Of a DNA stretch of 64,000 bases, positions 54,547 to 64,000 are shown piece after piece. The notes beneath the pieces were generated by a model. That model was given only the letters and a program-made list of their open reading frames with translations. It did not search any database and was not told the DNA's origin. Made by a program: the position numbers and the translations under genes. Source of the DNA: an uncultured Gammaproteobacteria bacterium (GTDB lineage Bacteria; Pseudomonadota; Gammaproteobacteria; CAWCPV01); the NCBI GenBank assembly GCA_963797555.1, contig CAWCPV010000014.1, positions 32,001-96,000 on the forward strand, in the 5' to 3' direction. Each line of letters starts with the position of its first letter. The first letter of the stretch is position 1.

Positions 54547-54812
54547 GCTTGCGAGCCCGTTCCGGGCACCCCGCGTACTTCTGTCCCGTTGCTTTCGGGA
54601 GTCGATGGGCACGCGCCGGTCAGTGCGTTCGGCGGCGTGGAGGCGGTGATCTCGCCCGTGCCTGGGGGTCGAGGCGGCATTACGGGGAAATGACGAATCG
54701 CCGCGGCGCTCGGCATGAGACCGGCGGGTGGCGCGGGATGGATGCGGGAGCAGCCATGGTATGCCGGACAGTAGGAAAAGGAGATGGGGGCGGGATTTAG
54801 CGGGGCGGGGGC

Positions 54813-54929
54813 CCGCTCAAAGGCGATCTGAAAGGCTTTTGGTCGATCACTGTCCGCGCCAACTGGCGCGTGATCTTCCGCTTTCAGGACGGCCATGCCG
54901 CCGATGTTGACTTGGTGGACTACCACTAG
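54813..54929 (+). pseudogene. HigB toxin C-terminal remnant
   Basis: PLKGDLKGFWSITVRANWRVIFRFQDGHAADVDLVDYH*; no start codon. Confidence 0.8.
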
Positions 54930-54944
54930 AAAGGAGATTTTGTG

Positions 54945-55232
54945 ATGTCGATGCTCAATCCCCCCCATCCGGGCCGTATCGTGCGGCAGGAGTGCCTTGA
55001 GGCGCTTACCCTCAGTGTTACCGAGGCCGCCAAGGTGCTGGGCGTGACTCGTCAGACCCTGAACAATCTTGTGAACGAGAAGGCCGCGATCTCCCCGGAA
55101 ATGGCCATTCGCCTGGAAAAGGCATTCGGAAGCACGGCCGATACCTGGCTTCGCATGCAGGCGGCCTACGACCTTGCGCAGGCCAGGAAAAAAGCCGACA
55201 ACATCCATGTGACGCGCTTTGTCCCGGTATGA
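54945..55232 (+). CDS. higA: HigA-family antitoxin
   Basis: [42 protein letters not shown]. Confidence 0.9.
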   Translation: MSMLNPPHPGRIVRQECLEALTLSVTEAAKVLGVTRQTLNNLVNEKAAISPEMAIRLEKAFGSTADTWLRMQAAYDLAQARKKADNIHVTRFVPV

Positions 55233-55248
55233 AAGGAGCCTGTCACTG

Positions 55249-55557
55249 ATGAGCGAAGCACTTACCAAAGTCGGCATGAGGCCAGCCCATCCGGGCAGCT
55301 TTATCCGCACCGAGATTCTGGACGAGCTGGATTTGCCGGTTTCCCGCGCTGCTGAAATTCTTGGCGTGCGCCGCGCGACCCTGTCCGACCTGGTCAACGA
55401 GAAAGCCGCCCTGTCGCCGGAGATGGCGCTCAGGGTCGAAAAGGCTTTCGGCGTCTCCATGGACACCCTGCTGCGCAGGCAGGCATGGTATGACAGCTAC
55501 GCCATGCGGCAGCGGCAGGACGAAATCAACGTGCGGAAGTACGAGCCGACGCGGTGA
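55249..55557 (+). CDS. higA: Second HigA-family antitoxin
   Basis: PAHPGSFIR..AAEILGVRRATLSDLVNEKAALSPEMALR. Confidence 0.88.
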   Translation: MSEALTKVGMRPAHPGSFIRTEILDELDLPVSRAAEILGVRRATLSDLVNEKAALSPEMALRVEKAFGVSMDTLLRRQAWYDSYAMRQRQDEINVRKYEPTR

Positions 55558-55738
55558 GGCCATGAAAAGGCCAGCGGGGCAGGGCAGTCCCCTGCCGTTG
55601 CAGCGGCAGGCTTCGGCCCTTTAAGGGGCGTAAGGCGAATACGGGGGTGAGTGCTCATTTCTTTCTTCCGTCACCTGGAAATATGGAATAAGTTTGTTCT
55701 GTGCAGGACCGATAACAAAGAACGAGGATCGCCGTTCC

Positions 55739-58474
55739 ATGGCATTACACCCGGATTTTCCGCGCTCGCCCTACGCAATACTTCCCCCCGAGCTGCGCTG
55801 GTTCCCGGCGGCGGAAGAGCTGCGCAGCACCGCCTATGAAAAGCTCCTGCCACCGCTGGTAGCCAGGGTACGCGAAGCGGTCAATGCCTGGCGCGCCACC
55901 GATTATGCCGGCGCCTCGGCCACGTCGCGCGCACTGCTCACCTGGTGGTTCGAGACCGATCACCTGATCGAGCAGGCCGACGGCACGCAGAGCCAGTTCC
56001 GCTACTACTTCGCCCAGCGCGAGGCGGTCGAAACCGTGATCTGGCTCTATGACGTGCGCGGTGCACGGGACAAGTTCGACCTGCTGCGCTTCGATGCCTC
56101 CGGTGCGGTATCCGCCAACATGTTCGACGAGAGCTGGCCGCGCTTCGTGGTCAAGATGGCCACCGGCGCGGGCAAGACCAAGGTGCTCTCGCTGCTGATG
56201 GCCTGGAGCTACTTCCACAAGCTCTACGAAGCGGATTCGACGCTGGCGCGCAACTTCCTGCTGATCGCGCCCAACATCATCGTGCTCGACCGCCTGCGCG
56301 CCGATTTCGACGGGCTACGCATCTTCTTCAATGACCCGGTGCTGCCCGACAACGGCCACGGCAGGGCGCAACTGGCGCGATGACTTCCAGCTCGCGCTGC
56401 ACATCCAGGATGACGTGCGCGTGGTGCGGCCGACGGGCAATCTGTTCCTGACCAACATCCACCGCGTCTATCTGGGCGAGGTCGCCGGAGCCTTCGCTGG
56501 ACGATGACGACCTGCGCGACTACTTCCTCGCCCCCTTCGGGGCCAAGCCGGTCGGCAAGACCACGGACAGCCAGACCGACCTGGGCGAGATCGTGCGCGA
56601 GATCGACGAGCTCGCCGTGTTCAACGACGAGGCGCACCACATCCACGACCCGCGCCTGGCCTGGTTCCAGAGCATCCAGGACATCCATCACCGGCTGCTG
56701 CAGAAAGACCTGCGCCTCGCCATTCAGGTGGACGTGACGGCCACGCCGCGCCACAACAACGGCGCGATCTTCGTGCAGACGGTGAGCGACTATCCACTGG
56801 TCGAGGCGATCGCCCAGAACGTGGTCAAACAGCCGGTGCTGCCGGACGCGGCGAGCCGCGCCAAGCTGGCCGAGCACCAGAGCCCCCTCATCACCGAGAA
56901 ATACGCCGACTACCTTGATCTCGGCATCGAGGAATGGCGCAAGAGCTACGCCGAGCACGAGAAGCTGGGCAAGAAGGCGGTGCTGTTCGTGATGGTGGAC
57001 GACACCCGCAACTGCGACGAGGTGGGCGCCTACCTGGAGAAGATTTGCCCGGAGCTGCAGGACGCGGTGCTGGTGATCCACACCAAGGCGAACGGCGAGA
57101 TTTCGGAAGCCGCGGGGAAGAAGAACAAGGAAGAGCTGGAGCGGCTGCGCGCGCAGTCGAACGAGATCGACACCTGGGACTCGCCCTACAAGGCGATTGT
57201 CTCGGTGCTGATGCTCAAGGAGGGCTGGGACGTGCGCAACGTCACTACCATCGTCGGCCTGCGCGCCTATGCCGCCCCAAGCAACATCCTGCCGGAGCAA
57301 ACCCTGGGGCGGGGGCTGCGCCGCATGTATTTCGGCAGCGACCAGCGCGAGACCGTCTCCGTGATGGGCACACCCGCCTTCATGGAATTCGTCGAATCCA
57401 TCCAAAACGAAGGCGTCACCTTCGACCGCGTCCCCATGGGCGGCGCCGGCGGACGGGAACGGCAGGACTCGCTGGTCGTCGAGGTCGAGACCGAATCGCC
57501 GGATAAGAACATCGACGCCCTCGACATCTCCGTGCCGCGCCTGACCCGGCGCTACAACCGCGAATTCAAGGACCTGACCGAGCTGGAGCCCGAGCACTTC
57601 GGCAACCCGAAGCTGCCCGTCAAGCCCTTCACGCCGGAGGAAACCCGCGAGATCGTCTTCAAGACCATGCTGGAGGGCGAGGTCGATCACACGATGCAAC
57701 TCGATGGCACCGGCCCGGGCGACTACCGCTCGGTCGTTGCGTTCTTTGCCCGGCAACTCCTCAAGGACTTGCGCCTCGTCGGCGGCTACGACCAGCTCTA
57801 TCCCAAGGTCAAGGTGTTCATCCGCGACCACCTCTTCACCCACCCGGTCGATCTCGAAGACCCGATCATCCTGCGCAACCTGTCCGAGCCGGAAGTCGGC
57901 AAGGTGCTGTTCGATCACTTCCGCGCCGCGATCAACGCGCTGACGATTTACGAAGGCGGCAGCGCGCGCATCGACGGGCACATCCGGCTGCGCGATACCC
58001 GGCCGTTCCGCACCGAGCCGCGCGGCTTCCTGCCGGCGAAGAAATCCGTGTTCAACCGCATCGTCGGCGAGGCCAACGCCGACGCGCTGGAACTGGCCTT
58101 TGCCGCGTTCCTGGAAGCCGCGCCCGACGTGCAGGCCTTCGGCAAGAACTACATGGCCGTTGGCTTCAAGATCGAGTACGTCAAGGCCAACGGCGAGCTT
58201 TCGACCTATACGCCGGACTTCATCGTGCGCACCACGGACGGCAAGGTCTGGATCGTCGAAACCAAAGGCCGCGAGGAAATCGACCTGCCGCAGAAGATGG
58301 CGCGCCTGCGCCAATGGTGCGAAGACGCCACCGAAGCGACCAGGGACGACGGCGGGCCGCGCGTATCACTTCGTCTACGTCGATCAGGAGGGCTTCGAGC
58401 AGCACAAGCCGTCGTCGTTCGCGGGCCTGGCGAGCGCGTTCCGCGAATACCAGGACGAGGACCACAAGGACTGA
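55739..58474 (+). CDS. Type III restriction endonuclease subunit Res, with several frameshifts
   Basis: KMATGAGKT, FNDEAHH, LKEGWDV, QTLGRGLR, YTPDF..IVETKG; frame changes near 56360, 56490 and 58360. Confidence 0.85.
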
Positions 58475-58476
58475 CG

Positions 58477-60867
58477 ATGGCGAAGCAGGACAAGAAAGCC
58501 TACGACCTGAGCGACGGCCGAGCAGCGCGACCTGGTGACGCTGATCCAGCAGGGCAAGGCCGCTGCCGGAGAAATACCGCTTCATCCTGTTCGAGGACAA
58601 GCGCGAGGTCGAGCTGGTGTGGAACGGCAAGACGCGCGACGTGTGCACCACGGTGCTGCCCTTCCAGACGCTGGAGCACGTGGACGAGCCGCGCACGGAA
58701 ACCAAAACTCAGCACGAGCTGTTCGACAGCCGCGGCCGGCAGCTCAAGCGGCTGGACCAACAAGCTGATCTGGGGCGACAACAAGCTGATCCTGTCCTCG
58801 CTGAAGAGCGGGCGCGCTGCGCCGGCAGATCGAGGACGCCGGCGGCCTCAAGCTGATCTACATCGACCCGCCCTTCGACGTGGGCGCGGATTTCAGCATG
58901 GACATCGAGATCGGCGGCGAGACCTTCCACAAGGAAGCGAACCTGCTGGAGCAGATCGCCTACCGCGACACCTGGGGGCGCGGGGCGGACAGCTTCATCG
59001 CATGATTCTACGAGCGGCTGATCCTGATGCGGGATCTGCTGGCGGACGATGGCAGCATTTATGTCACATTGCGATTGGCGGGTGAATCACCTGATTCGCG
59101 CTGGCGATGAGACGAGGTTTTCGGCACAGCAGATCACTTCTGCAATGAAATAATCTGGAAGCGCAGCCAGTCGCACATAGCAGCGCACAGCGATGCGGAA
59201 TCAGTCCACGACATCAATTCTGCTTTACACCAAAGGCCGACCGTAGACTTGGAATGAAGTTACAGCAAGCGTACGACGCCAATATGTCGAGACGCGCTTT
59301 GACTGCAACGACGCGGACGGAAGAAGCATGGAATCAGACGCATGACATTGACAGGATCCAGGCATCCGTCGAGGCGAGATCTGGCAACGTCCATGGCGTG
59401 GCTTTAATCCGACTGAAAAGCGGACGACACTGGGCCTACTCGCCAGCAGAACTCGATAGGTTGGATGCAGAGGGCGTGATTCATTGGCCGGACAAACCGG
59501 GAGGTGACCGCGCTGAAGCGATATCGAAGATGAATGCAAGGGATGCCTGTTCAGGACATGTTGGACTGACATCTACGCAATCGCAACCAATGGCGCAGCA
59601 AGCGTCTCGACTACCGACACCCAAAAGCCAGAAGCCCTGCTCGAACGCATCATTAAGGCCAGCAGCAACGAAGGCGACCTGGTCGCCGACTTCTTCTGCG
59701 GCTCCGGCACGACGGCGGCCGTGGCGGAGAAGCTGGGGCGCAAATGGATCTGCACCGACCTCGGCAAGTTCGCGCATCCACACCACGCGCAAGCGCCTGA
59801 TCGGCGTGCAGCGCGAGCTGAAGGCAGCGGAGAAGGACTTCCGCGCCTTCGAGGTGCTGAACCTCGGCCGCTACGAGCGGCAAGCGTATCTGAACGTCGG
59901 CGGGCGGCTTGACGCGGCAAGCAGAAGGAACAGGCCCTCGCCCAGAAAGAGCAGCGAGTTCCGCGAGCTGATCCTGCGCGCCTACAAGGCCACCGGCTTT
60001 GGCGGCAGCGAGGGCGCGCCGGCGCAGGATGGCTTCTTCCACGGGGCGCGCAACGGGCGGCTGGTGGTCATCGGTCCGATCAATCTGCCCGTCGGGCGGC
60101 TGTTCGTCGAAGAGGTCATCACCGAATGCCGCAAGCGCGGCGCGTCGCGCGTGGACGTGCTGGCCTTCGAGTTCGAGATGGGGCTGTTCCCCGCCGTGCT
60201 GGAAGAGGCGCGCGGCAAGGGCATCGACCTTGCCCCGAAATACATCCCCGCCGAAGTCTTCGACAAGCGGGCGGTGGACAAAGGCCAGGTGGTCTTCCAC
60301 GACGTCAGCTTCGTCGAGGCCACGCCGCGCTATGACAAGAAGAACAAGCTGGCGGTCAGGATCGAGCTGACGGACTTCTCCGTCTATTACACCCAGGGCG
60401 CCGCCGAGGCCGCGATTGCCGCCATGAAGGAGGGCAAGAGCGAGGTCATCTGCGAACAGGGGCAGCTCTACAAGGTGAGCAAGAGCAAGGACGGCATCGT
60501 CAAGAAGGAACGCCTGACCAAGCACTGGACGGACTGGGTGGATTACTGGGCAGTGGACTTCGACTACATGAGCCGCAAGGAAATCATCAAGGTGCCGGTG
60601 GGCACCGGCCTCGGCGGGGTCGGTTCATTGCCTGGCTTTGAGCCGCCACAGGGCGAGCTGGCCATGCCGGACTTCGAGGAACGCTGGACCGGCGGCTACA
60701 TCTTCGAGAACGAATGGCAGAGCTTCCGCACCCGCCAAAGCCGCGACCTGGAACTGACCACGGCCCTGCACACCTACGACCGGCCCGGGCGCTACACCGT
60801 GGCCGTCAAGGTGATCGACATCTTCGGCAACGACACGATGACGCTGGTGCCGGTGAATGTGGGATGA
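58477..60867 (+). CDS. Type III-like adenine DNA methyltransferase Mod, heavily frameshifted
   Basis: [49 protein letters not shown]; C-terminal [10 protein letters not shown] extension. Confidence 0.85.
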
Positions 60868-60949
60868 ACCGGCCCTTCGTCATTGTCACAATGGCTACAC
60901 TGAGGCTTAGCGGGGCAAGTAACGCAGGCAAGGAAACAAAGGCGTACCC

Positions 60950-61946
60950 CTAAATTCCGATCCTCTCGACCTCATCCATGGAGACCTTGTCGCTGCGCCG
61001 GTCGTAGAGCCGCGTGGTCTTGGGGTCCGAGTGCGCGGCCATCTGCTGGGCGTGCTCCAGCTTGGCCTCGGGGTTTTCGAGATAAGCTGTGATGCCGGTG
61101 CCCCGGAAGGTGTGGTTGCAGATGCCGGGCGTCTCGATCCCGGCCTGTTGCGCCCGGCGCTTGACCATCGCCCAGGCGCGCTGACGGTCGAGACGGCGCG
61201 CGCCGAGCGCTTTGGTCTTGCGGTCCACGGTGCGGAAGAGGGGGCCGTCCTTGTCCTCCCCGATCCCGGCCGCCTCGATGTACTCGCGCAGCCAGTCCTT
61301 GAGGTTATGCTGGCAGGGCATCTCATGGTGCTTGCCGCCTTTCTCGTGCAGGCGCACCCAGAGCGTCTCCTGCTTCCGGTATACGTCCTTCACGTTCATG
61401 CTCACCGCCGCCGAGACCCGCGCGAAGGTGTAGATCATGAGCCCAATGAGCGCGCGGTTGCGCAGGCCCACAACCGTATCTGTCGGGATCGGCGCGGAGC
61501 AGCCGCCGGGCCTCGTTCGGCGTGAGGATCGGCGTCTTGCCCTTGGTGTAGGAGAATTTCGGCCCCCGGACGAAGGATGCCGGGTTGGTGTGCAGGACAT
61601 GGCCGGTCACCAGCCAGTCGAACAGGTGGCGCAGCGCCGCGAGCTGCTGCTTGACGCTCTGAGCCTCGTAGGATCGGGTCTTGATCTCCACCCAGGCCGC
61701 GACATGCACCGGCTCGATGTCGAGGAGGTCCGCCGATCCCGGCAGCATCCTCGGCCCAGCCGAGGAAGTCCCGCACCGCGCGCAGATAGGCTTCGCGGGT
61801 GTTGCGGTTCCTGATCTGCGCGGCGAAGAACTCGATGAAGCGCTTCTCGGCGTGGCCCCCGGCGCGCACGATCAGCGACGGCATCCCCGTACGCCGCCTG
61901 CGGTTTCCAGAACCCCCGATTTTGCTGTGACCAGCTCGCCCGTCAT
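60950..61946 (-). CDS. Tyrosine recombinase (resolvase-like), frameshifted
   Basis: IRNRNTREAY, RHLFDWL, TFARVS, HEKGGK, NHTFRGTGIT, AHSDPKTTRLY (catalytic R-K-H-R-H-Y), spread over different frames. Confidence 0.85.
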
Positions 61947-62077
61947 GCAAATTCTCCACATCGTGGAAGGATTGCAAGGATACGAGAGAGGGAGTAGCGC
62001 GGTGGAGGCATCACGGAAGAATTCTCTTGCTCTATGGTAGGAACTTTTACTACTATGGAGTAAGGAGGGTATTTGTC

Positions 62078-62353
62078 ATGGCCAATGTCGAAAAGGTTAG
62101 TGTTGCGCTGACGCCGGAAATGCTGGCTGTCGTGCGTGAAGCCGTTGAGAGCGGCGAATATGCGTCCAGCAGCGAGGTCATGCGCGAAGCGCTGCGGGAG
62201 TGGACGCGGCGGCGCGCTCTGGAGAGAACCGAGGTTGAGGCGTTGCAGCGTCTTTGGCAAGAAGGTCTGGAGAGCGGGCCGGGGCGTTTCCCCGATATGG
62301 CGGCGATCAAGGCCGAGGCCCGTCGCCGTCTTGTCGAGGCCAAAGAGAAGTAA
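62078..62353 (+). CDS. ParD-family ribbon-helix-helix antitoxin
   Basis: KVSVALT..AVESGEYASSSEVMREALR. Confidence 0.88.
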   Translation: MANVEKVSVALTPEMLAVVREAVESGEYASSSEVMREALREWTRRRALERTEVEALQRLWQEGLESGPGRFPDMAAIKAEARRRLVEAKEK

Positions 62354-62374
62354 CAGCCAGGTCCGTGAGGGAGC

Positions 62375-62671
62375 ATGCCAACAATCAAGCGGACGGCGCG
62401 GGCCGAGGAAGACCTGATCGACATCTGGCTCTACATCGCGCATGACGATGTTCGGGCCGCCGACCGCCTGCTTGATGAAATCGAAGAGAAGTTCTTTCTT
62501 CTCGCGGATCAGTCCTCCCTTGGCCCGGCCCGGCCGGATATTGCGCCGGGGCTTCGTTACCTGCCGGTCAGGCGGTATCTCATCCTGTACCGTGAAGTCA
62601 CGGGCGGCATCGAGATTGTCCGCGTGGTGCACGGTGCCCGTGATGTCCCGGCTCTGATGCGGGACACGTAA
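62375..62671 (+). CDS. ParE-family toxin
   Basis: AEEDLIDIWLYIA..GPARPDIAPGLR..YLILYR..IVRVVHGARD. Confidence 0.9.
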   Translation: MPTIKRTARAEEDLIDIWLYIAHDDVRAADRLLDEIEEKFFLLADQSSLGPARPDIAPGLRYLPVRRYLILYREVTGGIEIVRVVHGARDVPALMRDT

Positions 62672-62715
62672 GTCGTCAAGCTTGCGCCGCCGCGTTCCGG
62701 CTGCGCCGTCCGTGC

Positions 62716-62759
62716 TTTCCAGAACCCCCGATGTTGCCGCGACCAGCTCGCCCGTCATG
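62716..62759 (-). repeat. Duplicate of the recombinase 5' end (first copy 61904-61947)
   Basis: TTTCCAGAACCCCCGATNTTGCNGNGACCAGCTCGCCCGTCATG occurs at both sites; both encode MTGELV...SGVLE. Confidence 0.8.
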
Positions 62760-62779
62760 ATGCCCCCTCCCTCGGTTCA

Positions 62780-62807
62780 ATAGTACATAACCTCCTTTAT
62801 GTCCCAT
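62780..62807. other. dif-like tyrosine-recombinase site (11-6-11)
   Basis: ATAGTACATAA-CCTCCT-TTATGTCCCAT shares the CATAA-N6-TTATGT core of dif. Confidence 0.55.
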
Positions 62808-62903
62808 TCTTAGCACAGTCTCCACACGGGCTCAAGACGTTCCATCGGGGCATGGTCGTGGTCAGATTTGAAACGAATTTTTTGTTCTGCGTCAGGTCCG
62901 GTA

Positions 62904-63006
62904 TCGACCCACAACCGCCATTGGCGTCCGGCAAGACATGGGCAGCAACGTGGCGGACAGCGGACATAGGGATGCAGTGCACCCAGCGGAATGCAAAAAT
63001 GCGTTC
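62904..63006 (+). repeat. Non-coding repeat family, copy B
   Basis: TCGACCCACAACCGCCATT...GGCGGACAGCGGACATAGGGATGCAGTGCACCCAGCGG...TGCGTTC. Confidence 0.8.
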
Positions 63007-63009
63007 CGG

Positions 63010-63385
63010 GCCGGACACCCAACCGGGATAGCCCCGGCGCGTGGGCCGGCCCGAGTGGGAGGAGTCCGCCGACCAGAGCCCCGCCTATAACCCGGCAGAA
63101 GGCCGGCCGGCGCCCGCCTTCGAATTCGACCAGACCGTGAGTGGGTCAAGACCCGCCACGGAGCCTATCCGCAAGGGCGACGGCAGCGTTCGCGCCGCTC
63201 GGCGGGAAACCCCCCACTGCAACTCGCAGGCGCCCCGTTGGGAGGGTTCGGCTGGCCTCGTCCACAGAAATCCGCCCTGCGGACCCGTTCCCACCGCACC
63301 GAGCCTCCGAACCTTGACTGGTGTTGACTGGTCCCCGTCCCAGGATTACTCTTTCCCTACGCTAGATGCGGTTGAAGTTCCTACC
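63010..63385 (+). mobile_element. IS91/ISCR-like 3' end: transposase tail plus oriIS-like motif
   Basis: IAPARGP..DQSPAYNP..PAFEFDQTV; GCGGTTGAAGTTCCTACC at 63368-63385 resembles ISCR oriIS. Confidence 0.7.
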
Positions 63386-63474
63386 TGTCACGGTAGCGGT
63401 CCGCGAGTCCGCCGCTCACTAAGCCAGGTGTTCATTCGTCGTCAACCCACACCCATGTACCAGGAGGAATCACC

Positions 63475-63753
63475 GTGGAAACCAAAGACTACCTCAAAAG
63501 CACCCTTGGCCTGTGGCAGGAATACGCGAAGGCTTACACCGACTTCGTGGTAGAAGCCATGGAGCAAAACGTGAAGGCCGCGCTGGCCCTGCGCCAGCGG
63601 CTGGACCAGATGGCCGCCGAGATTTCCAAACAGGCGCAGGCCTTGAGCGCGCAGGAGCAGGAGATCGTGCTGCAAGCCGCCGACTCCATTCAAACGCAGA
63701 CCAGAGCGGTCTCCGAGCGCCTGAGCCGGGTCTCCACCCCGCCGGCAAAGTAA
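63475..63753 (+). CDS. Small helical hypothetical protein (phasin-like composition)
   Basis: AGGAGG RBS; Ala/Gln-rich amphipathic 92-aa ORF. Confidence 0.6.
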   Translation: METKDYLKSTLGLWQEYAKAYTDFVVEAMEQNVKAALALRQRLDQMAAEISKQAQALSAQEQEIVLQAADSIQTQTRAVSERLSRVSTPPAK

Positions 63754-63777
63754 AAGGTGCTCGTCAGCCGCGGTCGC

Positions 63778-64000
63778 ATGCGAAGTGTGGCAGAAGGTCT
63801 TCCTCAAGCTCGAACTGTCGCAGAGCCGGTTCGGCGGCGTGTTGGCCAACGCCGCACTGTTTCACGTCCCCAGCCAGAAGTTGCCGCGCGTATTGCTGGA
63901 ACTGCACGCCACGCGGAAGCGAGCGGCGTGCTGTTCAGCTCGAACCCGCACGGCCATAACGAGGAAGGCTGGAACCGCGGGCGCTACGGCGCCTACCACG
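63778..64000 (+). pseudogene. Class I SAM methyltransferase C-terminal fragment
   Basis: CEVWQKVFLKLEL..ANAALFHVPSQKLPRVLLELHAT / GVLFSSNPHGHNEEGWNRGRYGAYH; no N-terminus; frameshifted. Confidence 0.65.

Noticed and set aside
61943-62758. 271-aa minus-strand ORF starting MTGELV
   Set aside because: Only the first ~15-25 codons match the recombinase start; the rest is antisense to parDE
62780-62807. Chromosomal dif site
   Set aside because: The right arm TTATGTCCCAT deviates from the XerD consensus TTATGTTAAAT and the site is inside a mobile mosaic; reported only as dif-like

Overview
GC-rich proteobacterial chromosome window, probably gammaproteobacterial, in which intact housekeeping blocks alternate with three decayed accessory regions. 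The intact blocks are a complex I operon (nuoA-B-CD-E-F-G-H-I-J-K-L', minus strand, with a structured ~0.6 kb spacer between nuoI and nuoJ), rhlE, hpnI-hpnK, tRNA-Ser(CGA), and tRNA-Ser(GGA)-ffs-dnaX-ybaB-recR-PCD-cytochrome c-M48-orn-ATM1. Region 1 (12.5-29.3 kb) holds a dead ISL3, a GT2/NodS-like methyltransferase/deacetylase/ABC exporter glycan cluster, and a mosaic of GTAG-REPs, a RAYT remnant, TA modules, a cysS-like tail, a degenerate attC and a ~1.4 kb duplication carrying heptamer arrays. It ends in an amine oxidase-cNMP-domain fusion. Region 2 (32.1 to ~46 kb, at tRNA-Ser(CGA)) holds a P4-type integrase remnant, an IS91-like 3' end, a LysR/cupin/ADH/AKR module and phage tail remnants split by a deleted IS200. 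Region 3 (54.8-64 kb) holds higB'-higA-higA, a type III R-M system (res-mod), a tyrosine recombinase, parDE, a dif-like site and an IS91/ISCR-like end with oriIS. The most unusual signals are a non-coding ~70-100 bp repeat family at module junctions near the IS91 ends, REP-stitched gene fragments, and the hypervariable heptamer arrays. All calls come from motif recognition by eye, without database searches. Many frameshifts may be assembly indels.
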